From Octopus vulgaris (taxonomy: Eukaryota), in the NCBI GenBank assembly GCA_951406725.2, contig OX597817.1, positions 42,284,001 through 42,348,000 on the forward strand: a DNA stretch of 64,000 nucleotides, given 5' to 3'. Of this stretch, positions 13,323 through 27,141 are shown piece after piece. The notes under the pieces were generated by a model. It was not told the DNA's origin, ran no database searches, and was given only the letters and a program-made list of their open reading frames with translations. The stretch's first letter is position 1; every line of letters starts with the position of its first letter. The translations under genes and the position numbers were made by a program.

Positions 13323-13997
13323 CCTATGTTGTTTATTCTTCATATTTTCTTTTTCTATCTTATATAGCATGAAGCTATTTTTGGATATTCATGTGCTGTT
13401 GTGTACACGTACCCATAACTTAGCGGTTTGGCAAAAGAGACCAATAGACTAAGTACTAGGCTTACAAAGAATAAGTCCGGGGGGGGGGGGGCGATGTGCA
13501 CAACTAAAGGCAGTGCTCCAGCGTAACAAGTAAAAAAGAATAAAAAACTGAGATATTGGTGGGGTTTTGGTAGGGTTCTTTGCTGCAAAACATGTGAAGA
13601 AATCTTGATCGAGGCATGGCTACGTAGTTAAGAAGAAACTCACTTTGCAACCGTATGTCTGTAAAATATCATTCAGTAAAACAGGACTTTGGGCTACAAC
13701 ATTGAAAAACCACAGGTGTCAAGCAACCAATTAAAGGTAATCCACATTCCCATTATTCCAGAGATATTTGGCAACTGCCTGAATGGCAAAACATAATGTC
13801 TACACTAGCAGCCAGTCGTTTATTATACAGAGTACAATGTGGTAATCTGCTCATGTTGCCCTTCTTCTTAGCTATATTTGTTCCTCTATAACACTAGGCT
13901 CCTGAGGTGGATACAACAAAGATAGACAAGGTGGATTTGGTTGGAGTATGAAAGTTGTTGATCCTTACAACTTATCATTACTGTATTTGGTACTCAT

Positions 13998-14156
13998 GTA
14001 GAAGTGGCTGTGTGGTAAGTAGCTGGCTTACCAACCACATGGTCCCGGGTTCAGCCCCACTGCATGGCACCTTGGGCAAGTGTCTTCTACTATAGCCTCG
14101 GGCTGACCAAAGCCTTGTGAGTGGATTTGGTAGATGGAAACTGAAAGAAGCCTGTC

Positions 14157-14222
<66 letters not shown>

Positions 14223-14625
14223 ATATGTTTGTGTGTCTGTGTTTGTCCCCCCAACATTGCTTGACAACCGATGCTGGTGTGTTTACATCCCTGTAACTTA
14301 GTGGTTCAGCAAAAGAGACCGAAAGAATAAGTACTAGGCTTACAAAGAATAAGTCCTGGGGTCGATTTGCTCGACTAAAGGTGGTGCTCCAGCAAGGCTG
14401 CAGTCAAGTGACTGAAACAAGTAAAATAGAGTAAAGAGTATATATATATATATATATATATGATGGGCTTCTTTCAGTTTCCGTCTACAAAATCCACTCA
14501 CAAGGCTTTGGTCAGCCAGAGGCTATAGCAGAAGACACTTGCCCAAGGTGCTATGCTGTGGGATTGAACCCAGAACTATGTGGTTGGTAAACAAGCTACT
14601 TACCACACAGCCACTCCTGCGCCTA
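13998..14625. mobile_element. two family A SINEs in opposite orientation (13998-14440 plus; 14462-14625 minus)
   Basis: direct similarity to other copies. Confidence 0.85.
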
Positions 14626-14984
14626 TGTTATATTTAAAATTTAATTGAAAGAAACACAGAGCATCTCAAAATAAATATAGTAATGAAAGGGTTAAGAGAG
14701 TGGGATCACAACATTCCTTCCAGACAGGACTGGAGTCCATCATAGGGTTACACATTTACAGCTGAGTGAAATGGAGCAACGTGATATGAAGAGTTTTGCT
14801 GAAGAACACAATGCATCACCTGGTCCAGGAATTGAAACCTTGAGTTTGCAATTATGTGCCACATCTTAACCACTAGGCCACGTGCTTTCAGTGTATGGAT
14901 GTATGATGTGTATTAAAGATAACTTTTAGGTAAATATGTAGCAATGGGATCCAAATGGAAGGCAGTGAGCTGACAGAAACGTTA

Positions 14985-15445
14985 GTGAAGGTGCATGGCT
15001 CAGTGGTCAGAGCATTGAGCTTACGATCGCGAGATTGTGATTTCGAATCCCGGACTGGGCTGCATGTTGTGTCCTTGAGCAAGACACTTTATTTCACATT
15101 GCTCCAAAAAATCGTGGCAAGCTGGCAGAATCATTAGCATGCCGTGTGAAATGCTTAGCGGTATTTCGTCTGTCGTTACGTTCAGAGTTCAAATTCCGCC
15201 GAGGTTGACTTTGCCTTTCATCCTTTTGGGGTCAATAAATTAAGTACCAGTTACGCACTGGGGTCGGTGTAATCGACTTAATCCCTTTGTCTGTCCTTCT
15301 TTGTCCCCTCTATGTTTAACCCCTTGTGGGCAATAAAGAAATAAGAAACGTTAGCACACCGGGCAAAATGCTTAGCAGTATTTCGTCTGTCCTTACGTTC
15401 TGAGTTCAAATTCAACTGAGGTCAGCTTTAACTTTCATCCTTTCA
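14985..15445 (+). mobile_element. nested SINE cluster (family D head, family B copies)
   Basis: tRNA-like head GGCTCAGTGGTCAGAGC...TTCGAATCCC followed by family B units. Confidence 0.75.
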
Positions 15446-15675
15446 AGAATAGAAAAGCATGGGATCGAAATGGAAGGCATTTGAGGAAGAGGAAAACGAA
15501 GGCAGACATGAGAAGGAATAGTGAAAGCTGACCCGGAAAGGTTGGACCTCCTGAAGAGGTCAAAGGAGAGCAGCAAGTGATGAGATGCTTGGTTACACAA
15601 GACCCTTACGACCTGTGCAAGAGGAGAAAACATACATACAATGATGGCAATAATAATTAAGGTGACGAATAAAGT

Positions 15676-16480
15676 TATGGTGGTGATGGTGGTGGTGGTG
15701 GTGGTGTTTTTGGGGCGGCATCAGCAATGGTAGTGATGGTGTTAGCGGTAGTAGGGATGATGATGGTGGTGGCAGTCATGGTGGTGGTGGAGGTGGTGGT
15801 AGTAGTGATGATAGTGGTGGAATTTGTGGTGGTGGTGGTGGGTATGATTTTGGCAGTGGTGGTAGTGGTAGTAGTGATGATGGTGATGATGGCAGTAGTG
15901 GTAGTGGTGGTGGTGGGTATGATTTTGGTAGTGGTTGTAGCAGTAGTAGTGATGATGGTGGTGGTGGTGCAGTAGTAGTGATGATGGTGGTGGTGGCAGT
16001 AGTGGTGGTGGTGATGTTGGTGGTGGTAGCTGTAGTAGTGATGATGGTGATGATGGCAGTAGTGGTAGTGGTGGTGGTGGGTATGATTTTGGTAGTGGTT
16101 GTAGCAGTAGTAGTGATGATGGTGATGGTGGTGGTGCAGTAGTAGTAGTGATGATGGTGGTGGTGGCAGTAGTGGTGGTGGTGGCAGTAGTGATGGTAGT
16201 GGCAGTAGTGGTGGTGGTGGCAGTAGTGGTGGTGGTGGCAGTAGTGGTGGTGGTGGCAGTAGTGGTGGTGGTGATGTTGGTGGTGATGTTGGTGGTGGTA
16301 GCTGTAGTAGTGATGATGGTGATGGTGGCAGTAGTGGTAGTAATGATGGTGGTGGCAGCATTAGTAGTGGTGGTGGTGGTGGTGGGTGTGATTTTGGTAG
16401 TGGTGGTAGTGGTAGTAGTGATGATGGTGATGGTGGCAGAAGGGGTGGTGTCGGTGGTGCTGATAACAACAATGATGATG
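15676..16480. repeat. cryptic (GGT/AGT/GAT)n tract with internal duplications
   Basis: direct sequence; explains the 265-aa Pro/His/Thr ORF. Confidence 0.95.
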
Positions 16481-16594
16481 GCTAGTGAAAAAGATAGTAA
16501 TCTTTATAATATGCAGCATTTAATGAGGTGAATTTGAGAAACAAAGAGAAATGTTTATCAAGTAATTAAGTATATGAGGCATGATAATCAAAAC

Positions 16595-16946
16595 TATATG
16601 TGTGTATGTGTGCGTGTGTGAGAGTGAGAGAGAGAGAGTGTGTGTATGTGTGTGTGTATAAGTATTTATATATATGTATGCAGGTATGTGTGTGCAAGTA
16701 TGTATGTGTGTGTGTGTATGTGTGTATGTATGTGTATGTATGTATGTATGTATGTATGTATGTATGTATGTATGTATGTATGTTTGTATGTATGTTTGTG
16801 TGTGTGTGTCTATATATATGTATGTGTGTGCATGTGTGTATGTATGTATGTTTGTGTGTAAGTATTGCATGTATGTATGTTTGTGTGTGCGTGTCAGTAT
16901 GTATGTTTGAATTTATGTATGTTTGTGTGTGTGTGTGTGTGTTGTT

Positions 16947-16978
<32 letters not shown>

Positions 16979-17165
16979 TGTATGTATGTATGTATGCATG
17001 TATGCATGCATGTATGTGTGTGTATGTATGCATGTGTATGTATGCATGCATGTATGTATGTATGTATGTATGTATGTATGTATGTATGTATGTATGTATG
17101 TAGCTATGTATGTATGTATATACATATGTGTGTAATCATGTATTCATGTATATATGTATGTATGT
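16595..17165. repeat. (TG)n/(TATG)n compound microsatellite
   Basis: direct sequence. Confidence 0.95.
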
Positions 17166-17580
17166 GGAGAATGTCTGGGATGAAAAGGTGCTGGTAATAG
17201 ATGGCAATGATAATAGAGGAATTTATGGACGTAAAATACTTTGATCAAAAGAATTAATATTTACTGGTTAAATAATACATGGCAACAATGAGTAGACATA
17301 TAATGTTCTGCAGACTTTTTCAGAATAATAGCTTCAAGAAATATGTGGTTCATCATTGTTGTAGTAATAAAGTTTTCTAACATAAGCACAAGGACAGAAA
17401 TCTTTTTTTAGCACTGAAGAATCGATTTATAATGATTGATTCCAGTACGTGTCTGGTACTTGTTTTATTGACTGCGGCAAGATAAAAGGTAAGGTTGACC
17501 TCCTCCAAGTTTGAACTCAGAACTTAAAGAGTTGTAATGGAATAACATAAAATATTTTGTGCAGCACTAACAATTTTGCT

Positions 17581-17890
17581 TGTGGAGGCACATGGCCTAG
17601 TGGTTAGAGCAGCGGACTCGCGGTCGAGGGATCGCGGGTTCGAATCTCAGACTGGGTAATGTGTGTGTTTATGAGCGAAACACCTAAGCTCCACGTGGCT
17701 CCAGTAGAAGGTAATGGCGAATTTCTGCTGATTCTTTCACCACAACTTTCTCTCACTCTTTCCTCCTGCATCTTGCAGCTCACCTGCGACAGACCGGTAT
17801 CCTGTCTAGGTGGGGAACCTATATGCCCAGGAAACCGGGAAACCGGCCCTTGTGAGCCAGGCATGGCTCGAGAAGGAACAAACAACACCA
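17581..17890 (+). mobile_element. tRNA-derived SINE family E, well preserved
   Basis: A box TGGCCTAGTGG, B box GGTTCGAATCT, (AAC)-rich tail; related fragment at ~10900-11050. Confidence 0.8.
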
Positions 17891-18243
17891 ACAATTCTGT
17901 TAATGTGGTTTCAGATTAAACTGGGTTTTTTTTTTTGTTGCAGTGAAGAGGTGTTTTTTTTTCTGTCTTCTATTTGCCATTCCATCATCATAAGTCTGAA
18001 AAAAGATAAAATTTATTCAAATTTCAAAAATGATAAGCATTAATTGCAGAGGAAGCTTATATAGCTTATGACACTTTATCAAAGATGATGACAACATCAG
18101 TTCAACACATTTATCCTCTTCTGTCTCAAGTACATTGTTTCTGATGGTGGCTGACGAGACTGATAAGAGATAAGTAGACAAAGAATAGACAAGACCAATA
18201 TGAGATAATAGAGGAAGAATAGTGCTACAAAAATGACCATTAA

Positions 18244-18462
18244 CCCTTTAGCCTTTAAACTGACCATATCCAGCCAAAATACTCTACTTGTTTTATTTTC
18301 AAACAGGCCAGGTCTGGCCTCTCACACTGACTCTACAATGCCATTCTAGAAATACAAATTCCATCATTTACATCTCACAGGTATGAGATAATGCATGACT
18401 AATTTAAAACAATGTCAATAAATAGGCATCACATTTGACAGAATAACCTGAATGCTAAAGGG
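18244..18462. mobile_element. piggyBac-type MITE
   Basis: TTAA-CCCTTTAGC...GCTAAAGGG-TTAA: TIRs with TTAA TSD. Confidence 0.85.
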
Positions 18463-19159
18463 TTAAAACTGTGATGAAAATATTTTTTGTGTTAATTCGC
18501 ACAACGTTGGAAAAGATTAAAATAAATGGGGGAAAAAAAAAACAAACAAGTAAATTCATCTGACAACTCATCATCATTATCATAATTTAACGTACGTTTT
18601 CCATGCTGGCATGGGTTGGATGATTTGACAGGAGCTGGCCAGCCGGGGAGATGTCCAGGCTCCAATTATCTGTTTTGACATGGTTTCTATGGCTGGGTGC
18701 CCTTCTTAACACCAACCACTTTACAGAGTGTGCTTTTACATGGCTCCACTTGGGCACTTTTACATGGCACCTCACAGCTGCTTTTGCATGACACCACATG
18801 AGTGCATTTTATGTGGCACCAGCACCTGTAAGGCAAAGAATCCTCACCTAGGAATGAGAGTGGGAGCCTCTATGTATGAATGGCCATGATTATACTTGCT
18901 TGATATGTCTTCTCACTGACAGCAAATTGTCACGACTCCCAGCCCCTTGTCATCTCTTCAGTGCGGCCCACTGTCTGAAGATCCTTTCTCACTGCTTCAT
19001 CCAACAATTCTTAATTTAACAGATAAGGAAGGTACATTTGATTACAATAAACTCCACCCATTACTATATTGATATTTTTTATTAACTTTGGATGGATAAA
19101 ACTAATGTTGACCTCAGTGGAATTTAAACACAGACCATAAAGAGAAGTTACTATACACC

Positions 19160-19485
19160 AGTGAAGGTGCATGGCTCAATGGTTAGAGCATTGGGTACAC
19201 AATCATGAGGTAGTGAGTTCAATTCCTGGACTGGGCTGTGTGTTGTGTTCTTGAGCAAGACATTCTGTTTTATGTTGCTCCATTTCACTCACCTGTAGAA
19301 ACGAGTAATGACATCACTGGTGCCAAGTTGTATCAGGCTTTATCTTTCTCTTGGATAACATCAGTAGCAAGGAGAAGGGAGGCTGCTATGCATGAGTGTC
19401 TGCTGATCTTCCATAAACAACCTTGCCTGGACCTGTGCCTTGGAGGAGAACCTTCTAGATACAATCCCATGGTTATTCATGACTG
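19160..19485 (+). mobile_element. tRNA-derived SINE family D
   Basis: head GGCTCAATGGTTAGAGC...GAGTTCAATTCC; other copies at 25860-26195 and 43020-43360 (minus). Confidence 0.8.
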
Positions 19486-19685
19486 AATAATTTACCATTT
19501 TTTTACTATATACCACAAGGTATTTTCTCAAATTCCTTGCTGTTCCTACCAATCCACCAACCTAAGTACTTAATTTATTGACCTTGAAATGATAAAAGAC
19601 AAATCCAAAATTGTTGGAATTTGAACTCAGAATGTGAAGATGGACCAAACACCACTAAGCACTTTAACCAGCATGCTAACAATTC

Positions 19686-19980
<295 letters not shown>

Positions 19981-20630
19981 CCTTATCAGAAGGGTATACT
20001 GGGCTTCATATATTTTACCCTAGTGTCACTTTGATGGCATGCACTGTTCACTTATTCAACAACAACAACAGCAACAACAACAACAATAATAATAATAATA
20101 AGTACCAGCCAGTGGCTGTCATGGATTCTGATCTTAACTGATTGGAAGTGTTATCATGTACATTGTTTTGTCTTGGTATAAAAGATGGGCTACAGCAAAT
20201 ATTCTGCTCAATACCACAGATTTGCTTGTCAATTGTTTGACCTTAACCAGTTGACCATGTCCCTTAGTGGCTGATGATATGTGCATCTCTGACCACAAGC
20301 AGAAGTATTGGGGGAGCATCATAACTATGTGTTGAAAGGAATTCTTAGAGGTTTGGATAATTCACCTTTAGAAACATGGATGGTTCATTCAACATCCTTA
20401 ATCCTTTTTCAGGGACCTTTTGAGTGGGATGGGCTACTCGACCGGAAGAAAATTCTAACTGGGCCCCACCTGCAAGGTCATGCGCTGTTTATCTTGATAT
20501 GAGATCACCATGTCATGCACATATGGTTGTGATGCATGTGCCTGGTGTATCCTTATCAGACAGGTAGTGGGGGAGCATCATAGCCATGTGTTGAGAGGAA
20601 TTCTTTGGGGTTTGAATAATTCACCTCTGG
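19981..20630 (-). mobile_element. probable R4/Dong-derived non-autonomous element pieces abutting (TAA)n
   Basis: embedded in TAA/CAA repeats; minus-strand KSVVLSRIFAVAHLL loosely resembles the RLE-element C-terminus; internal duplication GGGGGAGCATCATA. Confidence 0.4.
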
Positions 20631-20824
20631 AATACTGATGTTCACATCATTGAATTTTTGAATATCTGAATTTTTTTTTTTTTTACTTCCTTTCTTTTTT
20701 TAAAAGTTTTACTGTGGTTTACAGCTTTTGTAATTGTGCAGTTTCTATATATATATACCTCCTTAATTTTTTTTACCTTATTGTGCATTTTTTTTTACTT
20801 TATCATGCATTTGTGTTGTTGCAT

Positions 20825-21210
20825 TAAAAGGTATATGGAAAGAAAGAATGGTGGCAGAGGACTAATTAGTATAGACCATTGTATAAGGAGGGAAATGAGA
20901 ATGCTTGCTGAATATTTGATAAATAGTGATGAAGACCTGCTGCAATATGGCACAAAAGATATGGATGTAAATGCAGAGGAAATGATGGTCAAGGAAGAGT
21001 TTAACCAAAGAGCTGGGGAGAAGAGAAAAGACCTTCTTGAAATGAGAATGCATGGACAGTTTGAAAGGAATACACATGACGTTAAGAATAATACAGCATT
21101 GTGGGCATGGCTTAAAAGAGGTGATTTGAAGCATACCACCGAAAGCCTGATCATTGCTGGACAAGACCAGGCTCTTGCTATCAATTCAGTGAAGTATAAC
21201 ATATATAAAA
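20825..21210 (+). pseudogene. R4/Dong-clade non-LTR retrotransposon ORF fragment
   Basis: RYMERKNGGRGLISI...MHGQF...WAWLKRGDLKHTTESLIIAGQDQAL matches conserved R4/Dong post-RT motifs. Confidence 0.85.
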
Positions 21211-21274
21211 TACCGTTAAGCATTTCACTCGGCGTGTTAACATTTCTGCCAGCTTGCTGCCTTACTTCTACTAT

Positions 21275-21640
21275 TAATCTTTTCTACTCTAGGCACAAGG
21301 CCCGAGATTTTTGGGGAGGGGGCCAATCGATTAGATCGATCCCAGTACACAACTGGTATTTAATTCATCGACCCTGAAAGGATGAAAGACAAAGTCAATC
21401 TCAGCAGAATTTGAACTCAGAATGTAAAAACAGACAAAATACTACTAAGCATTTCGCCCAGCTCACCACCTTGCAAATCGTTTATATTGACATCAGTGTT
21501 CAACTGGTACATATTTTATGGACCTTGAAAGGATGAAAGGCAAAGTCAACCCTGGCAGCATTTGAACTTAGAACATAGAGTACCAGAAGAAATGCCACTA
21601 AGCATTTTGTCTGGCATGCTAATGATTCTACCAGTTCACC
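21275..21640 (-). mobile_element. tandem family B SINEs
   Basis: two GAAAGGATGAAAG...TTTGAACT units. Confidence 0.75.
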
Positions 21641-22470
21641 GTCATTGGTTTGGTAATAATAACAACAACAGTAATTATTATATCAGTGTCTGAGATACAA
21701 AAGTAATTTTGAGTCATGGTTTGCTTTTACACAATTATTTCCAATTAGTCAGGATACACAAGAGAATATTTTTATGGATAATTCAGTTTCTAGTGAATCA
21801 TTAAAGGTAAATTTATAGCAAAGTACTCTGTTACTTAACTAGGATGGTTTCAGTTAAAATTATATTTATTTTTGTATGGATGTGTACTTTTTTTAATTTT
21901 TTTTTATTTTTTACATGGATGCATTAATCAATTAATATGCAGTAGTTTATATTTGTGGCTTGGTCACCATTAGCAACTACGAGCGTCTAACGAACTTCCA
22001 CTTGCACCAGAATACTTCATCTAGTAGTTGTATAATTCTTAAGAGAAAAATTAATCAATTTCATGTTTAACTTCCTGTTCTTAGAGAACATCTGCCTTCT
22101 TTCTTCCTTTATTTTTCTTTCTTTTTTTCGTTTTGACATGTGGATGAGTGCATGTTCTACCTGAGTACGCGCACAATTGCATTTTGCATCCCACTCACTT
22201 AAAAACTTATAACCTTTACACTTTGGGCATGAAACAATGTTGATAGAATATTCTTTTTTTTTTTTTTTTGAATATTTGTTTTAAGATGGAAAAAAATGGT
22301 ATTTCTGCAAATTGAATTTCAATAATAACTTGCAAACAATAAAATGGTCCATGCAGAAGAATATGACCAAAAAATGTTAAAGATACATTATGCATCAAAA
22401 TAGTTTGTCAATAAATTCATTGTAGTATAAAGAAATAAGTAAAGGTCAGGATGAAAAATATTGTTTTGTA

Positions 22471-23032
22471 TTGAGTTGTCCGGAAAGTTCATGCCAATTT
22501 ATAGTAGCTTACCTATTGACTTATTTTAGAACATGGTTGAGTCCATAAAATAGGATTTGACTATACCTTCATTTAGAGCACAGTTTAAGCTATCTTTGCG
22601 TGGAAGAAGATTTATGTTCCTATTACCTGTGTTAATTCTGTAACCCTTTAAAATGGAAGATAACAAAGTTCATTTTCAACACATGATGCTTTGGGAACCA
22701 GACAAAAATTGCTGCAGCTCGGCTGGGATGTGTTACCCACAATCCATATTCACCAGATATTGCTCCTTCAGATTTCCACTTATTCAGGTCTCTGCAGAAT
22801 AGTCTTAATGGTAAAAATTTCAATTCCTTGGATGATGTCAAAAGATACCTTGATGAATTCTTTGCCATGAAACCACCTCAATTCTGGGAAGAGGTTATTT
22901 TCAAGTTAAAGGAAAGATGGAGATTCATTGTGCAACAAAATGGTCCATATTTGGTTGATTAAAAATGTAATGGCAAGTATTTATTGACCTTTTTCTTTCC
23001 TCTAAAAATCAGCACAGACTTTCCGGACAACC
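22471..23032 (+). mobile_element. internally deleted mariner (same family as 7493-8058)
   Basis: TIRs, TA flanks, same deletion junction. Confidence 0.95.
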
Positions 23033-23437
23033 TACATTTTAGTGCAAGATTAGCATATGTGGCAGACAGAGCTGATTACATTGACCCCAGTTCTTCCTTG
23101 GTACTTTATTTTATCGACTCTGAAAGGGTGAATGACAAAGTTGACCTTAATGGTATTTGAGCTCAAAACATAATTAGCCAGAAAAATGCCTCTAAGTATT
23201 TTGTCCAAAATACTTAATGATTCTCTCAGTTGGTTGCCTTATCAGTGTGAAAACTATTAAAATCAATAAGTTTTATATTTTACAAAAACCACATATCTAC
23301 TTTGATGTGACAATATCTCATCTACAGACTTTATAATCTTATACATTAATAACAATTCTATATTGCTATATTACTCCTCTGTGCACTAAGATCTTCCGGT
23401 TAAATGGAGAATATGACCAAAGTACACTTTTATACTA

Positions 23438-23999
23438 TTGGGTTGTCTGGAAAGTTTGTGCCGATTTTTAAAGGAAAGAAAATGGTCAATAAATACTTGC
23501 CATTACATTTTTAATCAACCAAATATGAACCATTTTGTTGCACAATGCATCTCCATCTTTCCTTTAACTTGAAAATACCTTCTTCCCAGAATTGAGGTGG
23601 TTTCATGGCAAAGAATTCATCAAGGTATCTTTTTACGTCATCCAAGGAATTGAAATTTTTACCATTAAGACTATTCTGCAGAGACCTGAATAAGTGGAAA
23701 TCCAAAGGAGAAATATCAAGTAAATATAGTGGGGTAACACATACCAGCTGAGCTGAAGCAATTTTTGTCTGGTTCCCAAAGCATCAAGTGCTGAAAATGA
23801 ACTTTCTTATCTTCCATTTTAAAGGGTTACAGAATTAACACAGGTAATAGGAACATAAACCTTCTTCCACGAAAAGATAGCTTAAACTGTACTCTAAATG
23901 GAGGTGTAGTCAAATCCTATTTTATGGACTCAACCATGTTCCAAAATAAGTCGAAATGTAAGCTACTATTAATCATCACAAACTTTCTGGACAACCCAA
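23438..23999 (-). mobile_element. internally deleted mariner (third copy)
   Basis: TIRs TTGGGTTGTC, TA TSD, same deletion junction. Confidence 0.95.
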
Positions 24000-24684
24000 T
24001 ATAGTAGCTTAAAAGCCGCACTCCATGCAGACTTTTAAAATAGCTCCTGCAGAGGGCTAATTCAGCCTGTGTCCCAAAACTAAAGAGAGCTAAATAGCAT
24101 GACTATGATACATCTGTAATGACTATTAATTCTGTAATGCAGTCCTTCTCTTGTTCCAGTCCAAGTTCAATTCCAGCTGTTGGCCAATTTGTCCCAAAGT
24201 TCTTATTTTGATGTAAAATTAATGAAGCAAATTTCATTATTTTCCTCCTTAATCTCTGACATCATCTAACAAATGCCAACCAAGACAGCATACATCAGCC
24301 AAGCTTTACATGCTTGAAATAACAACCCAAAAGCTTTTAAATCTGATCCCAAGGCTGTAATATATATACATACAACAGGCTTCTTTCAGTTACCAAATTC
24401 CCTCACAAGGTTTTGGTTGGCCCAAGGCTTTAGTAGCAGACACGTGACCAAGGTGCCATACAGTGGAACTGAACCCTGAACCATGTGGTTGGGAAGCAAG
24501 TTTCTTACCACACAGCCACTCATGCACCTAGTGTATATATATATATATCTGATATACACAAATGAAACAGTATTTAATTAAAATAGCCAACTATGTACCA
24601 TACTTAATCTATACACACAGTCGATAGGCTACTTACTGCAGTATTTATCCTGAGATAACATCTCTTACAGATATGAGAGTATTG

Positions 24685-24725
24685 CATCATTGAAAAAGCC
24701 CTGAAAAGCTAAAATGCATCTGATG
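24685..24725 (+). ncRNA. decayed type I hammerhead-like motif inside an inverted repeat
   Basis: CATCA TTGAAAA AGC cctgaaaa GCT AAAA TGCA TC TGATG: all three stems preserved, three core substitutions. Confidence 0.45.
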
Positions 24726-26199
24726 TTCTTGCTGGTCACTGCTTGAATGAATTTTTGTCTCCCTCAGATATTTAGCGTTTTTAACACAGCACATCAATAA
24801 GTGACATTGTCTCAGGACAAATACTGCAGTAACAGGCCTATCAACAGCACGTATGCATTAAGTGCTAAGATACATAGATGGATATGTGAATATATAAACA
24901 TATACATACATACATACATACATGTGTGTGTGTGTGTGTGTGTGTTTAGTAAAAGAACAATGTTGATTTCCATTAAATTCCATTAAATGTATTCACGTTT
25001 CTACAAAGGAAAGGTCAGAGTTTGATCTAAGAATAAACACGAAATAGTCTTTAAAATTCTGTGAGATGGATGTTTGTCCCAGGGCAATGTAGACTACCTA
25101 TGAACTTTCATAAAATTGCAGAGGAATTTTCTTCAAAGAATTTTTCCAATTGATTAAGCAGAGGTTAGAAACCTCCAGGAACCTCTTTTTTTTACATCAA
25201 AAGATTGTAATTCATTTAATCAAGATCATGGGAGGTCACATGCTAAAATATTTATCATATAAAATAAAATGTACTATAGAAATTAATTAAAAGCATAATT
25301 GTATTTTTTTTTTTTTTGCATTTGCATACAATCTATAAGTTATTAATTATCTTTCTTGACCAGTATACTATTATTAGAGTGACAAATTATTATGGCAGAT
25401 TATGGATTAGTAGTCAAATAGAGAACAGGCTGCAAATAGTACCCCAAAAAAGTAAGTGGCTTTTAGATTGTGGTTTCTCCAGTCTTTAAACAGAAGTTAA
25501 GGGAAATGCACCCATTACACTCTCGGAGTGGTTGGCATTAGGAAGAGCATCCAGCTATAGAAACTCTGCCAGATCAGATTGGAGCCTGGTGCAGCCATCT
25601 GGTTCACCAGTCCTCAGTGAAATCGTCCAACCCATGCTAGCATGGAAAGTGGACTTTAAACAATAATGATGATGATGATGATGACTTATAATTAATACTC
25701 GTTTATGTGTTGATTGTTCCTCAGATATGGTTGTGCGTTTAAGAAGTTTGCTTCCCAACCACATGGTTTTAAGTCCGGGCCTATCAAAACCTCATGAGTG
25801 GATCTTGTAGATTGAAACTGAAAGAAACCCATTGTGTGTGTGCGTGTATATAAAAGTAAGTAAAGACATCCTTCGGTCATGAATGACCATGGGATTGCAC
25901 CTAGAAAGTTACCCTCTGAGGTACAAGTCTGGGCAAGGTTGCTTATGGAAGGCCAGCAGTAACCCATGCATACCAGCTTCCCCTCTCCACACCACTGATG
26001 TTATCCAAAGGCAAGGCAAAGAATATTACAGCTTGGCACCAGTGATGTCCCAACTCATTTCTACGGCTGAGTGAACTGGAGCAATGTGAAATAAAGTGTC
26101 TTGCTCAAGAACACAACCACACAGCCCAGTTCAAGAACTGAATTCACTACCTAATGATTGTGAAACTAACGCTCTAAACACTGAAACATGCACTTTATT

Positions 26200-26338
<139 letters not shown>

Positions 26339-27141
26339 GTCCTGACATCATGTGATTGCTATAAATGAATGTCCTTCATTTTCAAAAGTCTGAAAAAGCA
26401 TCCCTGGTTGGGGAGAAATATTACCTTGCCTGGAAACAGCTAAGTGTTGGTAACAGGAAAGGCATCCAGCTATAGAAAATCTATCTCAATAAACTCCATC
26501 TGACTCATGCATGCATGGAAATTGGAATGGACATTAAAACAATGGCGATGACGATGAGAATCTTTCCTTTTCTAGGCACAAGGGCCAAAATTTTTGGGGG
26601 AAGAAGGCCAGTCGATTAGATCAACACCAGTATGCAACTGGTACTTAATTTATCAACCCCGAAAGGATGAAAGGCAAAGTTAACCTCGGTGGAATTTGAA
26701 CTCAGAACGTAAAAACAGACGAAATACCGCTAAGCATTCCACTCGACATGCTAACGTTTCTACCAGCTCACCACCGTGATGATGACGAAAATGAAGTCCG
26801 ACTCATGTCTACAATACAACTTAGGTTAATGCTGTCATCTCATCTCTAATATCCAGTATTAGATTCTGAAATAACCACTTATTAATTTTTCTGTATTCTA
26901 CTTGTCTTACAGAAACCTTTCATTGCAAGTTCATGACATAACTTATGCATCATGTAATCAACTATCTTCAGGTTGTTATCATTCTTACATGTGTCAACTG
27001 ATGCTACTGAAGCTCAGCCACTTTCTCAAATCGTTCACAATTAGTCATTATTCTTCGTTAATTTTGTAAATCATAACAGATTGTATTTAACTCATTCCTC
27101 TCTGGCTGACACCATTCATTCATTATTGATATTTCATATAG

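Noticed and set aside
15675-16472. 265-aa Pro/His/Thr-rich ORF and the many VC/YI/HT/LS/RE/poly-D ORFs across the window
   Set aside because: Translations of microsatellites that lack stop codons; no gene structure.
17581-17655. tRNA gene (also other tRNA-like heads)
   Set aside because: A and B boxes are present, but there is no complete acceptor stem and the sequence continues into SINE bodies.
20265-20300. CTGATGA within a repeat
   Set aside because: No downstream stem II plus GAAA.
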